64,000 nucleotides of DNA, from the NCBI GenBank assembly GCA_000002445.1, contig CP000067.1, positions 64,001 through 128,000 on the forward strand. The letters are read 5' to 3'. Below, in pieces: positions 50,721 to 61,800 of the stretch. The notes under the pieces were generated by a model. The model did not search any database, was not told where the DNA came from, and saw nothing but the letters and a program-made list of their open reading frames with translations. The position numbers were made by a program, and so were the translations under genes. Source of the stretch: Trypanosoma brucei (lineage: Eukaryota). Positions within the stretch are counted from its first letter, which is position 1. Each line of letters begins with the position of its first letter.

Positions 50721-51493
50721 AAAAGAGAGAGAGACATAACGTGAGATAAGATAAGATAAAAGAGGAAGAACAAAAAAATCATAAAAACCAATGGAACAAA
50801 GAGAACGAATAGATGGAGAAACAGAGAAAGTACATAGAGGGGTAGGAAGGAAAGAGTAATATAAAAAGAAAAAAAATGACAACTGTAGTAAACAACATGA
50901 TCAGTGGATGAAGCGGGAATAGCATGGCATTTAAGTTGTGAAACGACATCCACACACACATACAAAAACACATATACACATTAAAAAAAAAACACACACA
51001 TCACAACGCAACAACAGTGGCCAAAATATCAGATCTTTTCTTCCCTGATCCCCAAGTCATGAAAAAACTACTGTCCAACAAATCCCAGTTATATTTTCCT
51101 TCACAACCCTCTTCTCTCAACAATCAGTTAGTTGGATGTCTTCTTTGTTACGCTTCTGTTTGTGAGAGCTCATTTATTTATTAGTATGTTTGTATTTGTT
51201 GGTTCGTTGTTTTTCTCCTTTTTGTTGTCTGTCCTCCTTATATAAATATATATATAAATTTTTTTTTTAAAGGGCAAAAAAGCAATACAGTTGGCGTGTC
51301 GAAAAAAAAAAAGGTGGGGTAGGGGGTAGAAGGAGTAATGAAAGAACAGTTAACGAAAACGTTGGCCGGAACATGACCTTCGATTCGTCCGTTCACTTAT
51401 GCACTAATAAAAGTTATATAGCGATTTAACCAACCGTTTTTTAATTTTAAAAAAAATTGTTTTCTTCTTTCATTGTTTCCTTCAATTCAACCA

Positions 51494-52648
51494 TTAGGCA
51501 TAAAGCCTTGCCACCAACAACTGACCGTTAGAGAAAACAAGGCCATTCAACTCTTGAACTATAAGCGTATGCATATTACGGTCTGCCATCCGTATCGCTG
51601 CTGCACCGTCTTCAAGAAGCTCCATGGCGCTTACATCTCCATAGCGTTGCAGTAATGATGAAAGAACAGGTTCTGACAATGAAACACCTGAAAGGTGCAC
51701 GTCTCCACTACTGGGAAATGCCTCCGTCTTAGCCTCAAATATCGTTGGCGCAGTGGTAAACATTGGCAGTGGTGGAGACGTCACGAGTGTGGGATAAATG
51801 ACGTGGGGTGAAGGCACCGCCGTTGCGGTCGGGGGCGGCGGATAAAACACGGGCACAGACGTTGGAACGCCAATCATTGGAAACGTTTGCATGGGTGGCC
51901 CCACAGGAACCTGCGGGAAGAATGGAAATGGCGACAGGCGCTGTCGGTATTTGGGAGAGTATTTTTGCCTGTTTTTATTACGCTCCTGTCGTAGTTGCCT
52001 AACTTCCGCCGTCTCAGAATATTTAACCTCCAGCTCAGAATCCAAGCCTTCGATACGAATATTCTTCTTTGCCTCAATCGCGGCTGTTGCCTCCTCAACG
52101 GACGAAAACTGAACAAAACCAGAACCTTTGCATTGCCCGAGGTGATTGGTGAGGACGGCAGCTTCTACAATGGTTCCATATGGTGCAAAACTTTGCTTGA
52201 GATGTTCTTTTGTTGTCCATTGCGCGAGTCCTCTAATGAATATGCGATCATTGGGCAAATCATCCACACCCTCGTCATGCATTGCGATAGACACATGCAG
52301 CTTCACGGGACTATTCGGTGTCGGATGTGTGAGATGCATGGCGTTAATTGCAGCATGTGCGGACTCCGGTTTTCTGAACATCACAAAAGCAAAATGTCTT
52401 TGCCGTACAAGTTTTGTGGATACAATCTCACCAAATTCCTTAAACCTTTGGTACAAGTTGTTTTCATCCCATGTTGGTGGAACACCAGCAACAAAAATGT
52501 TGGTGGAAACATGAGGCGTAACGGATGTCTGAGGGGTTGTTCCAGTGCTCGTGTCTTCGGGAGGTTCAGCTGTTACATCTACGCTTAATGTCGGTTTGTA
52601 AATTTCAGTAAAAACTTCTATTGGTTCCTCAGACGGCATACTTTCCAT
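51494..52648 (-). CDS. RNA-binding protein with two canonical RRMs and a C-terminal RRM-like domain (DRBD class). The track start is GTG. The ATG is at residue 8 (MESMPSEEP...).
   Basis: RRM1 FVAGVPPTWDENNLYQRFKEFGEIVSTKLV...HFAFVMF. RRM2 IFIRGLAQWTTKEHLKQSFAPYGTIVEAAVL...GSGFVQF. C-terminal TLIVQELNGLVFSNGQLLVARLYA. A Pro-rich linker lies between them. Confidence 0.8.
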   Translation of the reverse strand: MESMPSEEPIEVFTEIYKPTLSVDVTAEPPEDTSTGTTPQTSVTPHVSTNIFVAGVPPTWDENNLYQRFKEFGEIVSTKLVRQRHFAFVMFRKPESAHAAINAMHLTHPTPNSPVKLHVSIAMHDEGVDDLPNDRIFIRGLAQWTTKEHLKQSFAPYGTIVEAAVLTNHLGQCKGSGFVQFSSVEEATAAIEAKKNIRIEGLDSELEVKYSETAEVRQLRQERNKNRQKYSPKYRQRLSPFPFFPQVPVGPPMQTFPMIGVPTSVPVFYPPPPTATAVPSPHVIYPTLVTSPPLPMFTTAPTIFEAKTEAFPSSGDVHLSGVSLSEPVLSSLLQRYGDVSAMELLEDGAAAIRMADRNMHTLIVQELNGLVFSNGQLLVARLYA

Positions 52649-53270
52649 ACCCAAAGACCAGAAACCCACACAACCTTACGCTCAGTGTGTGCTTCAAAGC
52701 ACTCTCACAGTGCCAACCAACCACCCACGAAAAAAAAATAAAAACAGGGGTAACAATTGGACAAATAAGCGGAGAATGAAAGGAAAAGAAAAGGAGAGAA
52801 ATGCATTCAGAAGGTTTAAAGGAAGAGGGAAAAAAAAGAGTTAAAACATCTGGAGTTTCCAAACATCGGATGGAAAGAAGGGCAAATTCCTAAATTGTCG
52901 TGGAGGCAAGCATAAATAAGAAAGATAATATATGAGCGTGTGTTTGTAGAAGTAAGTGGACACACACGCACAGAATAAAGGTGAGGAGGGTGAATGTTGG
53001 AATGTAGAAAAAGAGGGAGAAAGCAAGAGATAGACGGGGAGCAGGCGAATGTGTGGAATTCAGTTCGTCATGTGATGCTTGTTATTGCTTTGAAAGTACA
53101 CAAACAACAAACTAAAATAGGATGGGGAAGAACCCACCACACTTCGCATTTTCCCCCTTTTTAAAAAGAGGAAAAACTTAAGTTATTCATATATTTCCCT
53201 CCACCTGCACTCTCTTATTTAACTCGCTGAAACTTTTATTACTTTTTTCGCAGCAAATGCAAACATCGGT

Positions 53271-53296
53271 ACACACACACACACACACACACACAC
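53271..53296. repeat. (AC)13 microsatellite.
   Basis: Read directly in the intergenic region between the RRM gene and CAF40. Confidence 0.9.
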
Positions 53297-53384
53297 ATTT
53301 ATATATGTACACACAAACAGGATTTTCTCCCCCTTCCCCTTCCCTTTCCCCCTTTTCCCCTTATATAGACTGTTTCTTAGAAAC

Positions 53385-54335
53385 TCACGCACTGGCATCA
53401 CCGCCTTGTGGCTTCCCACCTGCGAGAAGCGACTCGTGAAGCTTCGTGGCGCCCGCATCACCGATATTTACTAACAACTGAAGCAAATTCCTCACCAGTC
53501 CCGTATTACTCTCAAGTGCTTGTTTGTAAGTGGCATTACGCAGGGCTTGTGGTAAACAACGGCTCAAAGCCTCACGTCCCCTCTGGTTCTCAGAAAGACG
53601 GAGGTAGCAGCGAATAATGTACCTTAACAGACGTGTGCTGCAATCTTTTGATTCCACCAATTTCCCCAGCACCGTAGCCACAGCCGTGAACCGTTCAGGA
53701 GTTAGGCATACATATTTCAAACCTCCCTCTGAGTTAAGGAGCCTCTGCACGATAAATGTCGCCAAAGTTTTTGAAAATTCAGTTCCAGACTCCATGATGT
53801 TGAGGCAAAGGGGGAATATCTCCGTGTTGAGAAGGTACTGAACAACATCATGATCATCTGTTTTTACAAGAGCGCCAATAACACCAAGGGAAGTGAGTCG
53901 CAACCCTTCAGTCCCTTCATTCATCCCACGGAGAAATGGGTAGAGGAAGAGACACATTTGTGAATCGAGAAACATGCGTCGAGTGGATTCATGGAAAGCA
54001 ACAGCTTGCAGAAGAGTCAACACGCTGCTCACACGATTTGCCATTCCCTTGGCAAGAAGATGAGGTGTACTTAACAAGGGATAGACAGAAATTATTTCCT
54101 GCAATAGAACTGACATGATCCCCACGCCATACCACAACGCAGGTCCGAGATGATGATATGATTCGCGATCTTTTGCCAACTCCAAAATGGAGTTCTCACG
54201 CGTCTCAGGTTTGTAAAGCCCTTCGAGGTATTGAAACATACGACGCATATCCTCCGAAACGGGAGGTTGCTGCTTTGCTGCAGCCTGCTGTGGTTGATAA
54301 AACCCGTAAGGCAAATACGCTTGGGTTTGGTGCAT
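53385..54335 (-). CDS. CAF40: CAF40/NOT9 (Rcd1 homolog), CCR4-NOT complex subunit. The track start is GTG. The ATG is at residue 3 (MHQTQAY...).
   Basis: Strong match to the CNOT9 armadillo core: LLQEIISVYPLLS, LLQAVAFHESTRRMFLDSQMCLFLYPFL, EGLRLTSLGVIGALVKTDDHDVVQYLLNTEIFPLCLNIMESGTEFSKTLATFIVQRLL, VCLTPERFTAVATVLGKLV, RLLRYIIRCYLRLSENQRGREAL. Confidence 0.85.
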   Translation of the reverse strand: MHQTQAYLPYGFYQPQQAAAKQQPPVSEDMRRMFQYLEGLYKPETRENSILELAKDRESYHHLGPALWYGVGIMSVLLQEIISVYPLLSTPHLLAKGMANRVSSVLTLLQAVAFHESTRRMFLDSQMCLFLYPFLRGMNEGTEGLRLTSLGVIGALVKTDDHDVVQYLLNTEIFPLCLNIMESGTEFSKTLATFIVQRLLNSEGGLKYVCLTPERFTAVATVLGKLVESKDCSTRLLRYIIRCYLRLSENQRGREALSRCLPQALRNATYKQALESNTGLVRNLLQLLVNIGDAGATKLHESLLAGGKPQGGDASA

Positions 54336-55853
54336 GGTCACGAAAATCCTCTACAAATAAAAATAAAAATAAAACAAGAACGCAAAAGGGAAAAAAAAAC
54401 TTGCGAAATCAAAAAATAAAAAAGAAAAGAGGGCAAATGAGGGAAAGGAAGCATTGTAGTAGTGAATAAAGAAAAAATGGGGAGGGAGAAAACAAGAGAA
54501 TCCGTACACATTTCACACAGCCTCACAGTAGCAACAAAACGAAAAAAAAACACTGGCAGGTCGTCCACATACGAACATGAACACAAACGCAGAAACGGAA
54601 GGCGTGAAAGTCACTCAGTTGACAAGTCGCACTTTGATTACCGAGGCAGAATGGGCATGCGGAGGAGTAGATAATGGACAACTTAAATGATGCAGTGAGA
54701 AAATAAGAAGGGAGGGAAAATAAAAACGAGATGACAGTGCCTTCCTTTATTTTAAAACGATAACGGGAGACCAGCAGTTTAGACCCTCTGTGATGGGGAA
54801 AACAACCGGTGCTACAAAAACCCGCAGGGGAAAAACCAAGTCTTTGAAGTATCCCCGTAATTTATCTTCCCATTTCCTTTGTTCTTTCTTTTTCTCTTCC
54901 CCCTTGCTTGCCTTTTTCTCTCCTTTCCATTGTTTTGCTTTGCCCTCTCATGAAACGACAATTTCTTCTCCGACACGGCACGGTACGGGCCAATACTATA
55001 CATCGTGCAAGCCTTTATCTGCTTTCTGAAGGATGGATAAAGCCATACACTCGAAAAAGACAAAAAGCAAAGCAAAACAAAACAGAATAGAACAAAGAGT
55101 CAGCAATAAAAACCACAGTGGCCCTATATTCACTTCCACACACTCAGCTCATGAAAACACGCTAACGCAGCAGAAGTGGACAAGGCAAGGGTGAAAAATA
55201 AGACAAACGTGAAACCGACACGGGCTTCGAATTAACACTCGATGGCAAACACGTTTCATACGAACTAAAGGCCGGTTCATCCATCCCCCCCCCACTCACA
55301 CACACACCTCGTCTTCTTGATAAGTTCCACTTTTATGTCGATCATATTCATAAATCTTTACTCAAGTCGGGTATATCCTGCCACTTGAAGAAGAAAAAAG
55401 ACGTGTCCTCCTTCCTTCACTCACCAGAGGTTTAGCAACTCAATAAATGTTCCTTTAAAGAAAATGCAAAGGCTGCACACAACACGTCCCTTAAGCACGA
55501 TTAAAAGCGAGACACAACCCAACTGCCAGTCGTTTTTTCTTTTTTTTTCCTTTCCTCTCCCGTTTACTCTTTTATTGCTTTCAATGAGTTAACCGAACTA
55601 GTAAAGAGGCGCCACCCCCGCGCCCCGCGTAACCCACCTCTTGTCCACACCTTCACTCCCGTCTGCCACAATCAAAACAACATAACATAGAGCAAACGAA
55701 CCACAACAGAAGGCGCAAAAGAGGATTTCCCCTTATCCAAAAGGCTGAAAATAAAACAATAGAAAAAAACAGACACGTTGCCACATAAGCCAATACCAAC
55801 AGTGTTGTCCAGCAGCACTTAACAACATATCAGAAGTGAACCACAACAACACT

Positions 55854-58800
55854 TTACCAGAACGGATACCAACCCGCCCATGACTGAGCGACGTTAGTAA
55901 TATCTGTCGCCTCAACAATCAGCCGTGCAACCTGTACTTTTGGATCGGTACTTTTGGTGTCGCCTTTTGTTCTTAAGAACTCCTCCCCTTTCAGCTTCGA
56001 TCGAACTCGCTGAAATACCTTAACACCTTTATGAACTACATCGTCATCCGGTATGGATGCACAGCGGGTGAGTTTGGAGTCCACAGTGAACATATCGTCC
56101 CTTACAGGTGCACCAGGAAATGCAACGGATGACATCCGCGGTCCCACCGCTTCACTTTGTTCATCAATGTTTTTATGTACTGTGGAGTCCCCAGGTTCCT
56201 TTTTCATGTGGTTCAATAACCTCCAAGAGATGAGTGGGTCCTGAATAAAGGCCTCAAGAATGGCAAGCACGCTCCGGCTTCCATCGCGCAGAACGCACAT
56301 GGCGGTCTCTGCGATTGAACGAAATGGTCCGTCGACACCAAACACGTCCAATGCATTGCGTATCATTCGTGTCAAGCGGAAGGGCACCCTTTCAGGGAAC
56401 ATTTGACGTGTCATCGCAACTTCAAAGCAGTCACCAAAATCGATATGGACAAATAACCCAGACGTACGTTGAATCATCACATTGTTGGGGTGCCGATCCC
56501 CCAAACCGAGAATATAACCAACCATACACGTGGTTGCCGAAGATGTTGTAAACACCTGCCTTTGCTCAAGCCACATCTCACAATTGGAAGCTGAGGCCCA
56601 CATTGCCTTTCTAACATCGTGACCTGAAGTATGATCTGCAAGGAACTCCATCACCTCAACCTTCGATATCATCGTGAGGTGGTCGTAGGTTTTTGGCCTA
56701 TCGCATACAATGATTTGATTCATCATGCGCAACTCGAGCTCCGGTGGAATACCACGAAACTTCCTGTACTTCGTCACGAGCGTGTGTAACGTGTCACAGC
56801 CGCTAACCCAACCAATAAGACCCACCGTGTCCTTGAGTGGTGTGACAGAATACCGCTGAATCTGGAATCCAGGATTCTTGCAGGTTCTTGAGTCCGTCAT
56901 CATGAGAGTGTTCACAAGTCTAAAGAGTTGCATTACCCTCTCATCAAGACGCAGATCCTCACGACCCTTCAACAAATACTTTTGTGTTTCTCCATCCACT
57001 GTTGTGACGCTAAGCCTCTTAGGTCGCTGTTTACTTCCAATCACAGTGAGTGTGCCGTTAAAGGAGGCAGTACACCTTACCGCACAATCCTCGGATGGCA
57101 TCGCATCGGGGAGTCCCACTGCGAGATTTCTTGCTTCAAACAGCTTTGGACTACAAAATGAAAGGTGCAACTTACTTTGAGACCTTATCTGTTTGTCGAT
57201 TTGTTGATAAACTGCATGGTAAATGTTCCAAGCCGAGTGAAGGTCAGCTATAGATCCCGTTCGGAGGTATGATTGAAGCCACTCTTGGGCCCTATCAAGC
57301 TTATTGCCGAACTTACAAGTAAACTCAGCCTCGACAATAGTATCTGTGGAGAGGTGCAGCTTCTCGTGCAAAGGAAGAAGCACGTCTAGCATACCTTTAT
57401 AGTCGTTTCGGTCAAAAAATGCGGTAGCGGAACATTCCAGCATATGATACCACTGCTCATGCAAGAGGTCCGAAGTCCGCACCAACTCGTCTACAAGGAT
57501 TCGCCCCTGATTAACCACAAGAGGGTGTTTGCTCTGCAGTTTGTCAAGAATTATATTTGCGTACTTCCTCCGCCTCCTAGAGTTGGACATTGCGCACAGG
57601 TTGAGGGGATAAATTAGCGAGAGTGGACAATCAAAACTGACAGTTGTTAGAATCTCCGCGACAAGCTCACAGCTGCCATCGGAACCGGAGTCCAGACGCG
57701 CAATGAGTTGCGGAACCACCAATTTCCAAGCGCGCGGCGACACCTCGAAAACCCGCTTACGTAACTCCTTCAACCCACTTTCCTGATCACAATGACGACT
57801 GAGTAAAGTGAGGAGCTTCAAAACATCCTGAATAATGGTGGAATCTGAGTTTCCCAGTTTAATGCTCTGTATATAGCCTTCAATTGCGGCTGCGCATGTG
57901 GCGTCGGAGAATGTGACATCGAGCATCTCCGCATTCGACTCCGCAAACATGCGCCACGCGTGGAACCATTTAGGGCAATAAGTTGTAGCCGCCTTGTAGC
58001 ATTGCACAGCCTCAGAAAGTTCTGCACTGCTGCCAAGCCTCGCATAAGCGCTCGACAAGAGAAAAGCGTTCTCATTCCTTGAGTGTGTATCGATCATCCT
58101 CTTCAGCAGGTCACGCTCGAGACCATAAGAACTCTTTGGTCCAAGCTCACCGTTTGCAGAGAGAAAACTAATGTACTGCATCACTACACGGGGGTTTGCG
58201 TTGCTGTGCATGAGCTGTTCCGATGTTGGGCAGCGATAACCCAACAACTGACACAAAATGAAACGCTCGTGTTGCTTTGCCTTCTCGCGCCGACAAAGAT
58301 TCACAAAGCGAAGACGTGTAGCAACGTCCTCGCCTGGCGGAATGAGCAAGCCACGCACCCCGAGGACCTCCTTCCATGCAGAAACTGTAGAGGACATCAT
58401 CTCAATGCGTTGGCTCCACAAACGCAGGACGCGGCTCAGATGATGCGTTGAAGACACCACCTCCGCTCGCTTTACCGTCACGATCTCTTCCAATTCAGAC
58501 AGCTTTTGCGCAATAACGAGACCTTCGTACGCGCGAGTGTACGATTGATGCAAAAGCCCTGAAAGATCCTCTAAAAGTAGCTTCCGCCCCTCATTGATTG
58601 CCGAAGTTGCCTCTTCGTAGCGGCGCTTGTGAATGCTAAGCGCAGCACGCGAGACATGGTACGACACAGTATCGTTTAGTTGCCAACGCGTGGTGTCCTC
58701 CAGTGTATCCCACGCCTGCAGGCGTATTGAAGCATCAGCGGCGCACTGTGACACGTAGAAAAGGGTGTTTTCTTCCCTCTTCTGCTCGTCCCTACCGTTA

Positions 58801-61800
58801 TATTTTTGAAACAGTACCTTCCACTGCTCAAGCACTGCATCATAATCACCAGCTTCGCTTAGTGCGTACAATGTATTAACCTCATTTTCCATTTCAGGGT
58901 CTAACTTCACATCCTCACCATTGAAGGAACTGTTGGCATCCGAGCGGGAACGACCACCCACCCCACACATTCGCCGGAGAGACTCCTGCCGCGATAACCA
59001 CTTCACTGAGTACTCGTCGCTGCCATCCGATTCACTACGCTCATTGTCAATACATCCTTGTAGGAGTTTCAAGCTTTCTGAATGTCCAGTGACCATAAGA
59101 AGCCCCGACTGCTGCAATTCACGGTAAAGACTAAACAGGTACTTCGCTGTCCCCCGAGGATCCTTCCTGTATGCCGCTTCGCACCAATAGAGAGCCTTTG
59201 CGAGCATCCCCCGACCCCATGCACATCTAGAAAGAATACTGGGAGCAATGGGAAGTGCCATCCCCACATTGTCCATATATTCCGCGACGGTGAGGAGAGC
59301 GGAGACCACCTCATCGGGTACAGCGGAGGACTCCATGGCTTGTTGTAGAACCTGGAAGAAGAAATCGGCGAGAGACGAGCGAACGGATGCACTCGCAAAG
59401 TTCCAGAGGGCCCGAAACGCGTGCGGAGCGATATCTTGAGTGAACTGGGGTGAGCAATCCACTAGTGGCGAGGTGTTAGCAGTCAGCGGTAGCGAGATAC
59501 ACCGAAAAACTCTGTAAGGGGATTCCTGCATGATGACACAAGAGAAGTCATTGAGCCACCTGAGCCATTCCTCCTTAGTAAGGGGAGCCGTTCTGGTCGT
59601 GCTGATGATCAGCTTCTCAGAGAAGGGAAGGGGGCGCTCTCCATCATCAGAATTCCAGCCCTTCTCGTCCACATTTCCCCGTGTGCTCAACACCTTGTCC
59701 AAATCAGAGACGTGGCGAAGGGCGATGCCTTCACACTCCTTGAGGAGTCGCACCACTTGCTTTTGATGCTCTGTTACAAAACCTTTACTCAAGGTGCAAA
59801 CGCCACCCTTCATTAACGTTCCATGGAGGGTAATTAATTCGTTATTTGATACGCGAAGGGTTTTCAGTGTCCGAAGCACCTCCGATGAATATTTGACAAA
59901 CTCGCTCTGCAATACTGTCATTAAAACGCAAAAAACACCCATGATGCGGCTGACGAACGCGTTTTGCTCCGTCGCCCTCATAGATGTTGAAAGCCGAGTT
60001 TTCAAACAGCTGAGAAGCCCGCGAACAATGAGACCCGCAAATTCATCAACGTGAAGGCGGAAACAAACCACACGGAGCGTCGTTATGACAGACAACGCAA
60101 AATCAATGGGACACCTTTGTGCAGCCCGCAAGAGATTGGTGACAACCGTCTCCACGCACGTTTTCAGTGTTTGTGTATGCTTCAAGATGTACTCTATGAT
60201 GGCATAGCGTAAGGACTCGGATGACTCAATATCGTTAAGAGCGTCAAACTTGATGGGGGACATCCGCATGTTGCTCCTCCTCGATTCCGCCTTACCGTCC
60301 GCTTCAAGGGTGACAAGCGTAAGAGCAAGTCGGACAGCAAGAAAACGATACTTTGACGATTTTACCCATGACTCATCAATCAAATTGTACAGTAAATGAG
60401 CGTGTGAAAGTGCCGCCACCCCAACATACCTTATGATCTGCGTTAGTTCATGCAGCAGAGTGCCTAATAAACGGCACGCACTGAGTTCACTCACGGCACG
60501 AACCACTGGTGGAATCACAACGGCAATTTCTCCCCGCGAGTCGGGGCATGATTCTGCAATGTTGAGAATCGTTTGAATTCCCACACGCAGTACATTATCT
60601 TTTCCCCCCGAAAAACGCTTCTCACTTAGATCCAGCAGAGAAGCGATGGAGCGTATAACCACACGGCAACACATGGCATGGCTAAGAGTGCTCGGCTCGT
60701 TTCGTTTCATTTCCTCATGTCTGCAAGTCCGATTGACGACTGTGGAATGGAAAATGCTGATGTCAAGTGCGCCAATAACTCCGGCGCAGCGTAGTGCCTC
60801 AAGACGAACGTCCAAGTCCTCATCGTTATTTTTCACGATACCGCTTAACTGCTGGTAAAGATGAGGGTACACCTCATACGGCGACCGGCCTTCGATCTGC
60901 GGGCCCAGTGTAGCAGACAGGAACCGAAGACACCACAAACGCAACTCAACAGACTCGCTGTCAAGGGGTAGAGCTTTGAGCAGCATGTACGCACGGTCCA
61001 CTTCTACTCTGAAAATGGCATCGGTATTCCCAAAAAAATGGGCAGCATGCGCTACTGACGTACAGCAACGCAGTAGATGTTGCAAAATAGAAGAGTGGAT
61101 GTTGACCGTTGAGAAATGGTGCCCAAGTGCTTTGATGATACCATCCGCGAAGTTCATGACAAATTGTGGTGCGTTGGATGCGGCTGCATCCAGCAGTTGA
61201 AGCCCACTTTGCACGGCACCTGTGTTGTCGCTAGTGGATACCGTATGTAATATCTGAACAATTTGTTTGCGAAATATTGGTAATATGTGGGATGGGTCGT
61301 GAAAGGTCATGCGGCAGAGCAGTACGGTGGCAGCTACCCGACAACTTATATCCTCATCCCCAAGTGCAGCGTAGATCGAAGTCACAAACTGCACCTCCTT
61401 CAAAAACGGATAAAATGGTTCTGTAAACGAAGAGAGAATTCCTTTCCTAACGACCGGGTCGGGGTTTGACAGCCCAACCACAAGCATACGAGACAAAATT
61501 ACATCAACACATATTCTGCGTGCCATTGTAAGCTCACCCTTAACACCAGGGGGGATTAGCAGCGTGCAAATTGTACGAACTGCCGCGGTGCGAACCGATA
61601 CACTTTCACTGTCGATGAGGGGCAACACCGAGTCCCGCAAGAAGTCACCCATCAGCTCCGAATCGGAAAACCCAAATTGGACTAATGCATCAAGAGCAAC
61701 TGTTATTTGGCTCTCAGTTGGTTCTGACTCCACTTTCATGGTAATGGTACCCTTCGAACCGGGTTGCTGACGAAACGGTAGACCGCACAAAGTTACGGAA